From an uncultured Ruminococcus sp. (lineage in GTDB: Bacteria > Bacillota > Clostridia > Oscillospirales > Ruminococcaceae): 64,000 nucleotides of DNA. The notes under the pieces were generated by a model. The model ran no database searches. It was not told the origin of the DNA and saw nothing but the letters and a program-made list of their open reading frames with translations. The position numbers were made by a program, and so were the translations under genes. This document shows, piece by piece, positions 1 through 9,104 of this stretch; position 1 is the stretch's first letter, and every line of letters starts with the position of its first letter. Location of the stretch: NCBI GenBank assembly GCA_964463355.1, contig CAYXBP010000002.1:77846-141845 (forward strand), written 5' to 3'.

Positions 1-3000
1 GCCTGCACCGCCAAGCGAATCACAGCATAAACACTGAACGCGAACAGGCAATTGCCACCTTTTTCTTTTCCATAAAGCAGCCGCAGAACAAAACCAAGTG
101 CAAGCAACGGCAGCAAATGATATTTCCCAGCAAAGTAGGTATCTGTAAAATCGAACATAGGCTGCATCCACAGAGTAATGGTGCCTATTACAGCCGAAGC
201 GGTATAGCAACCACGCCGCATCGTATCGGGCAGCACACTGCGCCCCAGATGAAACAAGAAAGCTGTCAGCAAAAACCAGGCAGCGAACAAGATCCAATCG
301 GACTGCGCTGCGGAGAATGCCCCATCCAAAGAAACAATGATCAGCCAAAGAGGCACAGCACCGCCAGCATAAGTCATCGCCCAGCCCTTACGAATGCCAC
401 CGCTGCGCAGTACGAAACCCAAATAACAAAACAGCACAAACAACAACATCAGCACGATGAGCATACAAGCAACATAAAGATTCGACCACCACATACAATG
501 CGCACGCAATGCTTCAGTAGAAAGAATCAGCGAAAAAACGGCAATGCATCCACCAACGATACGGTCATTGTGGGCAGTAAACCAGGCGGCAATGCAAAGC
601 ATCAATGCGAAAAAATAGTAGAAAGTATGCCATTGATGCGCTCCCACTGTCATCAAGGTGATACTAAAGAGCAGCGCAACGGCAGCAGTCAAAACACGCA
701 CGGCATTTTCCATGGCAATGCCGCCTGCAAATTTTCGCAGAATACCGCGATGGTACAGCACAGCAAACAATGCAAAAGGCATCAACAGTACGTAAGCAAG
801 CATCAACGCATCATTAGAAATAAGGCCGATCTGCGCACCCAATGCATAACCGCTGCGCATCAGCATTACCAGTGCAGCACCGATGCTCACAGTCGCAAAG
901 GTTTCTTTCCGTGCGGCGGTAAAGCCCACAAACAACATGACTGCCGAAAGCGTGGCGGTCAGTGCAAGCCACACCGAATTGTGTAAGCCAAGAAGTTGAT
1001 CCGTAGCAAACAGAGATCGCAGCCCATAGAAAAAAACAGTACCAACAAGCATCGTCTGCGCGACAGTATCAACGGCACAATCACCCATAAATTTCGCTTT
1101 GCCACAGCGAATCAACAAAGATACGATACCGATCAACAAAATCGGCACATAACAGCAAAGCATCACGGAACAGCTTGAAAGGGTGCCTTTCACCAAATAA
1201 TGCTCACTACCCACAGAAACGGTTTGCAGGATGCAGCACATCACTGAGAAAAACGACAATGCAGACAGTACTTTCTTTCCCTGATGTGCATAGTCCACTG
1301 TCAGCAACCAGCCAAGCAGAGCCGTAAGCACAGCGAGGAGCATCTGCCACAGGGGGAGATTCACACTCATACAAAACAGCGGCGTGATGAAGGTCACAGC
1401 GGGCAGCAGCACGGTTGCCACCGCATGGGGAGCGTAATCGCCTGTAAAATGCAGCTTTCCGCGGTGGAGCAGATAGACTGTCACGCCCAACATCAAGAAG
1501 ATGCACAAGCAGATCATTACCGATCCGTATAGAGCAACACCGCTTTGGGCATCGACAAACAGAAAATGGGTCGCAGCACTGACGCAGGCGGTCAGCACAG
1601 AGAGCAAAAAGGCTGCAAAATGCACAATGGCAAGACGCTTGTCTTGTGCAAACGCAAACAAAGCACAGCCTAACGCAAACATCACAGCGGCAAGCACTGC
1701 AAACAGCATCTGCCACGTCATCAGCTGCGTAACAGAAAAAGCAAGCACCAGATATAGCAAACCTGCGATAGGCAAAGCAACCGATGCGCAAGCCTTCACA
1801 GAATCATCGCCCACAAAGCGCACATGGCTGCGGCAGATCAAATATGTACCCACGCCCAATAAAAGCGGTACGACACTTGCAGCGCAAAGACCAGGATAAT
1901 GATCCACAAGTGCGGTCACGGTATAGCCTTCAAAAAGCTGCCAAATGCCACGGTATGCAAAAAAGAGCATCTCAGCAAACCCAAGCACAGCCAGTGGTCT
2001 TTTGCCATGGCTTGCGTAAATGCGATACACACCCACTCCGATCAGTGCATTGGCAAACAGCAGCAAACAGCAAATCGCTTTGCTGCCAGTTGGCAAAATC
2101 AAACCAACGATTGCAGGCAGAAGCACACACATCAAGAAAATACGGTGGCGCACACCAACGAATCCACGTTTTGTATGGCAATACAGTCCAAAAGCTGCTG
2201 CCGCAGAAAGCAGCGTCCAGAGCAGATATGACCAATCACAATGCGCTTGCAGACACACATCGCCTACTGCACCGCAAGACAGTGCAAGACTCAGCACAAA
2301 AAAGATACCGAAAGCGTGCTGCTTCGGAGTTTGCAGCCGACGTTCTATCGCCATGAAGAAACACCAGATTACTGCAACAACAAGCAGAATCACGGCAGCA
2401 ATGTATATAAAGCGGAATTGCCCAGCAAAACCATTTACCACCAGTTGCGCACAAAAGATCATTCCGAGCGGAAAAAGAAAATCAGAAAAAGGAGAACGCA
2501 GCGTATTGCTGCATATAAACAGAAGCCCAAATCCCAAACAGAGGACAGACATCAGCAGCAAAGCCGCATCGGCCTGTTGCAGCACAGTGTTGGAGAATCC
2601 AAGTGCAAGCACAAACAATTCAGCTGCCAGATAAGTACGAAGCCAGATATTTCCACTACGCAGCATCGAAACAAAAGTTGCCATACAAAGCAGTGCCATG
2701 CCCAGCAGCATCAACCAGTTCCAGTTTGTTCCGCTAACGCCGATACAGAGAAAAATCACGATGGCTACACCAGAAAAAATACGGAACATGATATGATAGC
2801 TTTTGGTAATATCATCAGGAAGCGTATTTGCAGTAATGAATACCAATAACACCGCAGAGGTTACTACACAGACAAGAGCGGTAAAAATCCAGCCATTGAT
2901 AGAAACCGTTTCATTGGTAAGCAAGGGTTGCATCACCCGCGCAAAGCCATAAACAGTCAGCAAGGACATCACAACCGCCGAGCCCTGCTTCAGCCTTGAC

Positions 3001-4226
3001 AACATTGCAGGAGTAACAAAGGCAACAGCAGCAGAAAATGCTGCAAATCCATACCATGCACTGCTGCCATTCATAGGAATAAACATGGGTACAGCGGCAC
3101 AGACAGTGTAAATCATAGAGAAAGCCCCAAGTGTTTCGCCAATGGGTGCAGGCAAACGAAAAGAAAGAGAGGGTGCAAAAAACGTCAGCAGCAGCGCATA
3201 GGCGGCAGCAGAGAGCGTCCACGCACCATAAGAAGGCAGAAGCGCCCACATTGCGCAAAGAAAGGAGGCAGAGAATCCAATAAGGGTTGCAATACCCCAT
3301 GGCTTTTCATGACTGCATTTTACTCCAATAGCAGCGGTAACGGTAAATGCAGCAGTAGCAATCGTCAACAACCACGGATTTGATCCACCAGAAAACGTTT
3401 CGCCTAGAAGAGAGAGATACCCTGCCGCCCAAATGGAGATCGGCAAAAACGTTGCACCCAACGAGAAAAATGCCATACCAGTACGTTTCAAATCCCAGAC
3501 CTTATATGCCAACGCTGAGGCACCAAAAAACAGCACACTACCTGCGGCAAGCGTCATAAGTTTGCCAAAATCTGCCATTGCATTCCACGAAGTACGCACA
3601 AAAAGCAATCCTGCAAGAATAATAAGCACAACGCCCACACCAAGCATCACACTAATGGCAGAGGTGGTACTCTTTTTTTGATGTGAAGATGCCTTTTGTG
3701 GCACAGATTCAGCAGAACTTGACATGGCTTTTTGTTGATACACAGGCTGCGATGCAGGGGTTCCTGGTGCGACCATGGGCTGGGCAGAAGAGAGTTTGCC
3801 CGCCGAAGGCACTTGTGCCTGCGGCGCAGGCGATGCTTGCATCGCCTGTTGCCCGAAAAGCTTCGCTTTTTGGGCAACAAACTCCTCATCAGTGAGAACA
3901 CCGTTTGCGTTAAGGGCACGCAGCTTTTGCAGCTCCTGCTGCAAAAGTGTCTGCGTTGCAGAGGCAGCCTGCGGCTGCCCTGCGTGCCCTTCCAAAGAAT
4001 GCAAATTCTGCTGCGGTATCACTGTTCCCTGCACAACATATGGTGGTACTGAAAGTCCCTCTTGTAAAATATCTTTTGGCGAGATGCGGTTTTCTTGCAA
4101 TAACCGCCGCAACAAATTCTCATATCGGCACTTTTCATCGCGCAAATTTCGATCTTGATTATGTTTTAGAAGCAGACACGAAGTTGCAATTAAGAGTATG
4201 ATACTTAACATAATCCAGAATATCAT
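1..4226 (-). CDS. Giant polytopic membrane protein: N-terminal TM helix, SHOCT domain, Q/P/S-rich linker, then roughly 30 or more hydrophobic helices. The 3' end runs off the window (partial, at least 1408 codons).
   Basis: My own translation of complement(3..4226). The ATG at 4226-4224 is preceded by AAGGAG with an 11-nt spacer. The protein reads MIFWIMLSIILLIATSCLLL..., then a SHOCT-like LQKLRALNANGVLTDEEFVAQKAKLF (about 3855-3935), then continuous membrane-protein-like sequence down to ...GGNCLFAFSVYAVIRLAVQ at position 3. I met no stop. None of the listed minus-strand ORFs in 1..4226 is in this frame, which fits an open-ended ORF that the track omits. Plus-strand ORFs here are Q/H/K/C-rich antisense shadows. 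Confidence 0.8.
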   Translation of the reverse strand, partial: MIFWIMLSIILLIATSCLLLKHNQDRNLRDEKCRYENLLRRLLQENRISPKDILQEGLSVPPYVVQGTVIPQQNLHSLEGHAGQPQAASATQTLLQQELQKLRALNANGVLTDEEFVAQKAKLFGQQAMQASPAPQAQVPSAGKLSSAQPMVAPGTPASQPVYQQKAMSSSAESVPQKASSHQKKSTTSAISVMLGVGVVLIILAGLLFVRTSWNAMADFGKLMTLAAGSVLFFGASALAYKVWDLKRTGMAFFSLGATFLPISIWAAGYLSLLGETFSGGSNPWLLTIATAAFTVTAAIGVKCSHEKPWGIATLIGFSASFLCAMWALLPSYGAWTLSAAAYALLLTFFAPSLSFRLPAPIGETLGAFSMIYTVCAAVPMFIPMNGSSAWYGFAAFSAAVAFVTPAMLSRLKQGSAVVMSLLTVYGFARVMQPLLTNETVSINGWIFTALVCVVTSAVLLVFITANTLPDDITKSYHIMFRIFSGVAIVIFLCIGVSGTNWNWLMLLGMALLCMATFVSMLRSGNIWLRTYLAAELFVLALGFSNTVLQQADAALLLMSVLCLGFGLLFICSNTLRSPFSDFLFPLGMIFCAQLVVNGFAGQFRFIYIAAVILLVVAVIWCFFMAIERRLQTPKQHAFGIFFVLSLALSCGAVGDVCLQAHCDWSYLLWTLLSAAAAFGLYCHTKRGFVGVRHRIFLMCVLLPAIVGLILPTGSKAICCLLLFANALIGVGVYRIYASHGKRPLAVLGFAEMLFFAYRGIWQLFEGYTVTALVDHYPGLCAASVVPLLLGVGTYLICRSHVRFVGDDSVKACASVALPIAGLLYLVLAFSVTQLMTWQMLFAVLAAVMFALGCALFAFAQDKRLAIVHFAAFLLSVLTACVSAATHFLFVDAQSGVALYGSVMICLCIFLMLGVTVYLLHRGKLHFTGDYAPHAVATVLLPAVTFITPLFCMSVNLPLWQMLLAVLTALLGWLLTVDYAHQGKKVLSALSFFSVMCCILQTVSVGSEHYLVKGTLSSCSVMLCCYVPILLIGIVSLLIRCGKAKFMGDCAVDTVAQTMLVGTVFFYGLRSLFATDQLLGLHNSVWLALTATLSAVMLFVGFTAARKETFATVSIGAALVMLMRSGYALGAQIGLISNDALMLAYVLLMPFALFAVLYHRGILRKFAGGIAMENAVRVLTAAVALLFSITLMTVGAHQWHTFYYFFALMLCIAAWFTAHNDRIVGGCIAVFSLILSTEALRAHCMWWSNLYVACMLIVLMLLFVLFCYLGFVLRSGGIRKGWAMTYAGGAVPLWLIIVSLDGAFSAAQSDWILFAAWFLLTAFLFHLGRSVLPDTMRRGCYTASAVIGTITLWMQPMFDFTDTYFAGKYHLLPLLALGFVLRLLYGKEKGGNCLFAFSVYAVIRLAVQ

Positions 4227-4305
4227 GTAACGATCAACTCCTTTCCCATTGCCATGACAATATCGTCTTTATGCACATAATAATTGCATCATGAACTTTT
4301 CATTT

Positions 4306-4334
4306 ATTATAGCACACATTCACTCCATTTGCAA
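4306..4334 (-). promoter_or_regulatory. Sigma-A-type promoter for the giant membrane protein gene
   Basis: On the minus strand, TTGCAA (4334-4329), 17-nt spacer, TATAAT (4311-4306), with a TGc extended -10. Confidence 0.55.
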
Positions 4335-4345
4335 GCTTTTCCATC

Positions 4346-4379
4346 AAAAAACAAGGCGCACCGCCCTTGCGATGCGCCC
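4346..4379 (-). terminator. Rho-independent terminator after rlmH
   Basis: On the minus strand, the GGCGCA/TGCGCC stem (4378-4373 pairing with 4360-4355) is followed by TTGTTTTTT. Confidence 0.55.
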
Positions 4380-4392
4380 TGTGGTTACTCCT

Positions 4393-4869
4393 CTATTTAT
4401 GATATTTTCCACCTTCTGCAATCTGGTAGCCCCGATAGATTTGCTCCAACAACATCACCCTTGCCAGCTGATGTGGAAATGTCATGGGAGAAAAAGACAG
4501 CTTATGCATTGCCACTTGTTTGATCTTCTCCGCTAACCCATGACTGCTGCCAATAACAAAAGTTAGCGCCGAACATCCACTCAACGCAGGCGCAATCAAC
4601 ATTTCTGAGAAAGCCTCACTTGTGCAAGGCTTTCCCTCAATGCACAGTGCAAACATTTCTCCCTCGATATGGCGCAGAATTTGCTCTGCTTCATTCTGCA
4701 ACGCTCTCCGAATTTCCCCATCCGACGGATTCTCAGGCAGTCTGCTCTCGCTTAGCTCCACGATGTGCAATTTGCAATATCGTCCTAAACGCTTTGTGTA
4801 CTCCTCACAAGCCTCTCTCAACCAACGCTCTTTCAGCTTGCCCACTGCAATGATACTCACACGCGTCAA
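4393..4869 (-). CDS. rlmH: 23S rRNA (pseudouridine1915-N3)-methyltransferase RlmH (SPOUT family)
   Basis: (M)TRVSIIAVGKLKERWLREACEEYTKRL...TFPHQLARVMLLEQIYRGYQI is typical RlmH of about 158 aa. The TTG start at 4869 overlaps the upstream TGA (TTGA). The tracked 222-aa form has an implausible G/C-rich extension. A GTG at 4860 is an alternative start. Confidence 0.88.
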   Translation of the reverse strand: MTRVSIIAVGKLKERWLREACEEYTKRLGRYCKLHIVELSESRLPENPSDGEIRRALQNEAEQILRHIEGEMFALCIEGKPCTSEAFSEMLIAPALSGCSALTFVIGSSHGLAEKIKQVAMHKLSFSPMTFPHQLARVMLLEQIYRGYQIAEGGKYHK

Positions 4870-5651
4870 AACGCGATCATCTCCCCCTCGGTTTCCACCT
4901 TTGCCACTTGCAGCAGATAATCCTGTCCACGCACCATATCTGCAAGTGCATCTACCACCGCATCCTCCGCAAGCTGCGGGCGGTTGTTCTCCTGGCTGAG
5001 ATGTCCCAAAATCAACCTTGTTGTTCCACTTTGCACGAGTTTTCGCACTTGCACTGCGCAATCCATATTAGAAAGATGCCCCACTTTCGAAAGTATCCTT
5101 GCCTTGACATAAGGTGGATATTTTCCACTGCGCAGCAGATTTTCGTCATAATTTGCTTCCAACAGCACCAGATTACAGCCGTTTAACGCCTCCTCCACGC
5201 CACGAGTCACATAGCCAAGATCTGTACAAACAGCGCAAATCTTGCCATCCGGCATTACAACGCGATATCCACAGCTTTGCACTGTATCATGAGGGGTTTC
5301 AAAGGCATTCAGTGAGATATCTGCCACATGAACACTCCCCGTGTTGATTTCCTGCAAATTTGCGCAGGATGCTATTGCATTATGGTCAATAAGATTCCGC
5401 AGTGTTTTGCCTTGCCCATAGATCGGCACAGGCAAATGCTCTGTCAGCGTTTTCAGTCCACGCACATGGTCAGAGTGGTCGTGGGTGATGAACACCCCCT
5501 GTATCGCTGAAAGCGGCAGATTACAGCGTTCCATCCCCATGCACAGTCGCCGATATGTAACCCCTGCGTCAATCAACACACCGCCCCTTGGCGTACCAAT
5601 GAATGTTGCGTTGCCTTTGCTGGAGCTAAACAACGGGTAAAGTCGTGCCAA
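4866..5651 (-). CDS. MBL-fold metallo-hydrolase (YycJ/WalJ-like)
   Basis: HxHxDH motif (ITHDHSDHVRGL) with an LFSSSKGNATFIG N terminus. The TTG start at 5651 follows GGGAGG by 8 nt. The tracked upstream extension overlaps a terminator hairpin. Confidence 0.85.
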   Translation of the reverse strand: MARLYPLFSSSKGNATFIGTPRGGVLIDAGVTYRRLCMGMERCNLPLSAIQGVFITHDHSDHVRGLKTLTEHLPVPIYGQGKTLRNLIDHNAIASCANLQEINTGSVHVADISLNAFETPHDTVQSCGYRVVMPDGKICAVCTDLGYVTRGVEEALNGCNLVLLEANYDENLLRSGKYPPYVKARILSKVGHLSNMDCAVQVRKLVQSGTTRLILGHLSQENNRPQLAEDAVVDALADMVRGQDYLLQVAKVETEGEMIAF

Positions 5652-5671
5652 GATATACACCTCCCTGATCG

Positions 5672-5705
5672 TATGAAAGAAAGGGCGAAAATGCATTTCG
5701 CCCTT
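5672..5705 (-). terminator. Rho-independent terminator after murA
   Basis: 10-bp stem AAGGGCGAAA (5681-5690) / TTTCGCCCTT (5696-5705). On the minus strand it is followed by TTCTTTCAT. Confidence 0.6.
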
Positions 5706-5759
5706 AACTTATTTCGAATTTCGAAAAATCACAGAACCGCTTTGCTGCCGCAAAAAGCC

Positions 5760-7085
5760 TCAGTTTTCGCCCACAGCAGCAGACAATTCTCCTGTCGCAG
5801 AGTCAGCATCCGTTGGCAGTATCTCACGCGTGATGCAAGCACCAAGTGCTGTAAGCTTGCCTGCCATATCCGCGTAGCCACGCTCAATGTGGTGGATATC
5901 CTCAATGTAGGTCACACCAGAGGCTGCCAACCCCGCAATCATCAATGCAGCACCCGCACGAAGATCACAAGCCTTCACTGGCGCACCAGTCAATGCACCT
6001 TTCCCCTCAATGATAGCGACCTTGCCATCCACCTGAATATCCGCACCCATACGGCGCAACTCGTCCACATACTGGAAACGTTGCTCAGATACTTCCTCCT
6101 TCACCATGCTTGTGCCCGATGCAAGACAAAGCAATGTGGAAATCTGTGGCTGCATATCTGTAGGAAATCCTGGGTGCGGTCTGGTACGCACGCTTGCCTT
6201 CACCAAGGGGCCATCCACATATACGCGGACGCAATCGTGTTCCTCATCGGCTTCAACATTCACGCCGATCTTCTCCAGCACGCTGATGATAGAATCCAAA
6301 TGCTTCACCGTCACATTTTTGACCATTACATCACCGCCAGTAGCAGCTGCGGCAACCATATAGGTGCCTGCCTCAATCTGATCGGGAATGACAGGATAAC
6401 TCGTACCGCGCAGAAATTTCACGCCGCGAATCTTAATGGTATCCGTACCAGCGCCGATGATATCGGCACCCATAGAGTTTAAAAAGCTTGCCAAATCAAC
6501 AATATGCGGCTCTTTTGCGGCATTATTGATCACCGTAAGTCCCTCTGCCTTCACCGCCGCAAGTATGGCATTCATGGTTGCGCCCACGGTCACCACATCA
6601 AAAAAGATCTGGTTGCCCTTCAAAGGCTTTGCGACCAAATCCACCATACCACGCTCAATCTTGCACTCAGCACCCAATTTTGTAAACGCCTTGATATGCT
6701 GGTCAATCGGTCTGCCGCCCAATGGGCAGCCACCAGGCATGGATACTCTCGCCAGACCGCATCTTCCCAGCAGCGCGCCCATGAAATAATATGAAGCACG
6801 CATTTTTCTCGCGGATTCATAGGGTACACAGGTACTGTTGACAGGGCGTGGGTCGATACGATAGGTATGCGCGCTGAGCTGTTCCACAACGGCACCCAGT
6901 TCACGCAGAATTTGCACGCTAATAGTTACATCGCTGATATCGGGTACATTTTCGATGACGCAAGGCTCATCGCAGAGCAAAGCCGCAGGCAAAATGGCAA
7001 CGACAGCATTTTTTGCGCCGCTGATCTCCACCTCGCCACACAGCCGTCTGCCGCCCCGTATTACAAAACGAGCAGGTGCTTTCAT
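5760..7085 (-). CDS. murA: UDP-N-acetylglucosamine 1-carboxyvinyltransferase
   Basis: MKAPARFVIRGGRRLCGEVEISGAKNAVVAILPAALL... shows full-length MurA similarity. The start at 7085 follows a GGAG RBS. The tracked start at 7184 is an extension. Confidence 0.96.
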   Translation of the reverse strand: MKAPARFVIRGGRRLCGEVEISGAKNAVVAILPAALLCDEPCVIENVPDISDVTISVQILRELGAVVEQLSAHTYRIDPRPVNSTCVPYESARKMRASYYFMGALLGRCGLARVSMPGGCPLGGRPIDQHIKAFTKLGAECKIERGMVDLVAKPLKGNQIFFDVVTVGATMNAILAAVKAEGLTVINNAAKEPHIVDLASFLNSMGADIIGAGTDTIKIRGVKFLRGTSYPVIPDQIEAGTYMVAAAATGGDVMVKNVTVKHLDSIISVLEKIGVNVEADEEHDCVRVYVDGPLVKASVRTRPHPGFPTDMQPQISTLLCLASGTSMVKEEVSEQRFQYVDELRRMGADIQVDGKVAIIEGKGALTGAPVKACDLRAGAALMIAGLAASGVTYIEDIHHIERGYADMAGKLTALGACITREILPTDADSATGELSAAVGEN

Positions 7086-7183
7086 AGTGGTATCTCCTTG
7101 GTTCATTCTGTCTGTTCTGTGGATAGTATGTGCAGATTCTCTCTCTGTATCGTTCACGCTGCACATACTGTAATGCTGCTGCA

Positions 7184-7954
7184 TTACTCCACCACGGCAG
7201 GCGTTTGCTGCTCGCCGTTTGCGTTTCGATAATTCACGCCGCTGCCATCGTACTCGATCACAACTGCCTTTTCGATAATCACCTGCGACTTTGGCTTATC
7301 GTTTGCATCCACGGCGACCTCTTGCACAGCAAGGCAATACTCCAAACCATCGAACACCTGTCCGAAGATTTCATAGCCGCCGTCCAAATCAGGTCTGCCG
7401 CCCATCAGCTTGTACATATCCTTGACAGGCCCCGTGTAAGTAAGCCCATAGGTCGTTTTCAGCTGTTCAAAGTAATTGTCACTCGTTTCCAGCCCAGTGA
7501 CAATGTAAAACTGACTTGCATTACGTTTATCTTGCCCCACGGCATACGCCAGCGCCCCTGCATAATGCTGCAAATTCGGGGAGATATTCTGTGCAAAGCC
7601 CTCGGTACCGTTTGCATCCACGCCACCAGTGCCATCACCTTTCGGATCGCCGCCCTGCACCACAAAATGCTTAATGACGCGGTGGAAGATCAGTTCATCG
7701 TAATAGCCGCTTTCCACCAGCGATTTAAAATTCTCCACGCCCTCGGGACATTCTTCAGGAAACAGTTTGATTTTCACATCACCGTAGCCTTTAATGGTCA
7801 TGACTACGATTTCCTCGCCCACCTCAGGCTGTGTGAAATTCAAGATTTTCTGGTTCTCCAGAACCACTTCTTTATTACAAGCGCAGAGCATCGGCACGGT
7901 AACAGCACAGCAAAGTGCCACCGCTGCGATACGCTGCAAACGCTGCTTAAGCAT
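7184..7954 (-). CDS. Cyclophilin-type peptidyl-prolyl cis-trans isomerase, probable lipoprotein
   Basis: HRVIKHFVVQGGDPKGDGTGG core. N terminus MLKQRLQRIAAVALCCAVTVPMLCAC carries a lipobox-like cysteine. AAGGAG lies 9 nt upstream of the ATG at 7954. Confidence 0.85.
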   Translation of the reverse strand: MLKQRLQRIAAVALCCAVTVPMLCACNKEVVLENQKILNFTQPEVGEEIVVMTIKGYGDVKIKLFPEECPEGVENFKSLVESGYYDELIFHRVIKHFVVQGGDPKGDGTGGVDANGTEGFAQNISPNLQHYAGALAYAVGQDKRNASQFYIVTGLETSDNYFEQLKTTYGLTYTGPVKDMYKLMGGRPDLDGGYEIFGQVFDGLEYCLAVQEVAVDANDKPKSQVIIEKAVVIEYDGSGVNYRNANGEQQTPAVVE

Positions 7955-8131
7955 TCCAAAGGACTCCTTGATACAAGGTTTTCGCGGCCGTTTCATGGGT
8001 ACGAACGAACAGAGCGCGACCGCGTAAGGAATATTATACCACAGATTTTTGGTTTTGTAAAGCAATTCTTAAGATTTTCTTCATCTTGCCGAAAAGCAAC
8101 GCCCGAAACGGCTGTATTTTATTCTTTGTTA

Positions 8132-8959
8132 TCAATCAGCGACCATTGAGGGCCAATATTCTACGATCTCCACAGAGGTGATCATAATATCCTCAACAGG
8201 GCGCATGGCGTTTTCTTCCCCTGTAAGAGTCGCTCCGGTAATAGTTTCCAAGACCGAAAAGCCGTCATAGAGCTGTCCAAATACCGTCATCTGCTGGGAA
8301 TAATTGGGAATACCGCCATACTTCACGAAGGCATCTGCCACGGGATTATCCTCCTCACCCTCTTGCAGACCGTTTATGATCTCCTCGGTCATCTCAATGC
8401 TATCCACAACCAAAAAGCGACTGCCGTTAAAGGTTTTCTGGGTTCCCGTCAACAACTTCCAAAAGCCCTGTTCGCTGCCCGTGGTCAACGAGCAAAGTGC
8501 GCCACGGAAGGGCCACATATTTTGTGTTAACTCACGTTCAACATTTTCCTGCGGCTGATCGCTGCCGCCCTCCGCCAAGGAACCGTCTGCATTGGGGCTG
8601 CCGCCTGAAAAAAACACATTCTGCTCCACGCGGAACACATAGGTATTATTATAATATCCGCTTTGGGCGAGCTGCGTGAAATTGGCAACGGCAAGAGGGC
8701 ACTCATCGGGATATAATAAAAAAAACATATCTCCTACGGTTGTATGCATAATAGCAACGGGATCGCCCTCTTCTGGCTCTTCCAGCTGCACTAGTTTGAC
8801 TTCATCCAGATTGACTCTTGCGCTGATATCTTTGGAAACGGAATACCACACCGAACAAAGCAGTGCCAGCACCAACGATACAGCAATCAGAATCGACAAA
8901 ATTTTGACAGTACGCGCCGTAGAGGGCGTATTACGTGTTGCAAGATTTGAGGGCTTCAT
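8132..8959 (-). CDS. Membrane-anchored cyclophilin-like protein (divergent PPIase domain)
   Basis: TM anchor ILSILIAVSLVLALLCSVWY. Cyclophilin-like segments are LYPDECPLAVANFTQLAQSGYYNNTYVFRVEQNVFFSGGSP and NGSRFLVV...TVFGQLYDGFSVLETI. Start trimmed to the ATG at 8959. Confidence 0.7.
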   Translation of the reverse strand: MKPSNLATRNTPSTARTVKILSILIAVSLVLALLCSVWYSVSKDISARVNLDEVKLVQLEEPEEGDPVAIMHTTVGDMFFLLYPDECPLAVANFTQLAQSGYYNNTYVFRVEQNVFFSGGSPNADGSLAEGGSDQPQENVERELTQNMWPFRGALCSLTTGSEQGFWKLLTGTQKTFNGSRFLVVDSIEMTEEIINGLQEGEEDNPVADAFVKYGGIPNYSQQMTVFGQLYDGFSVLETITGATLTGEENAMRPVEDIMITSVEIVEYWPSMVAD

Positions 8960-9048
8960 GGCAATAGGATTCCTTTCTTGAGGCAAAGTATGCGAACACA
9001 ATCCTACACTATTATACCTTTTTTTGTCGCATAAGTCAAGTTATGCCG

Positions 9049-9094
9049 AAAAAAAAAGCCAAAACAGCAGGAGCATTGCAAGCCCCTGCTGTTT
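9049..9094 (-). terminator. Rho-independent terminator after purL
   Basis: 9-bp stem AACAGCAGG (9063-9071) / CCTGCTGTT (9085-9093). On the minus strand it is followed by GGCTTTTTTTTT. Confidence 0.7.
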
Positions 9095-9104
9095 CATCAT
9101 GCAA

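Noticed and set aside
117-4201. Many plus-strand ORFs (117..986, 1784..2356, 2020..2634, 2241..2849, 3775..4158 and others) and short Cys-rich minus ORFs (1207..1791, 2911..3300).
   Set aside because: Their translations are Q/H/K/R/C-rich, low-complexity and mutually overlapping. They are shadow frames of the single long minus-strand membrane-protein ORF (complement 3..4226), which reads as a coherent protein.
4870-5061. N-terminal extensions produced by the longest-ORF rule (for example rlmH to 5061, murA to 7184, pheT to 19613, rpmB to 35249, birA from 45072, GH5 from 22958, surface protein to 62685).
   Set aside because: The extensions overlap upstream genes or terminators and lack similarity to the families. 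Internal starts with good Shine-Dalgarno sequences are available, and those trimmed coordinates are reported instead.
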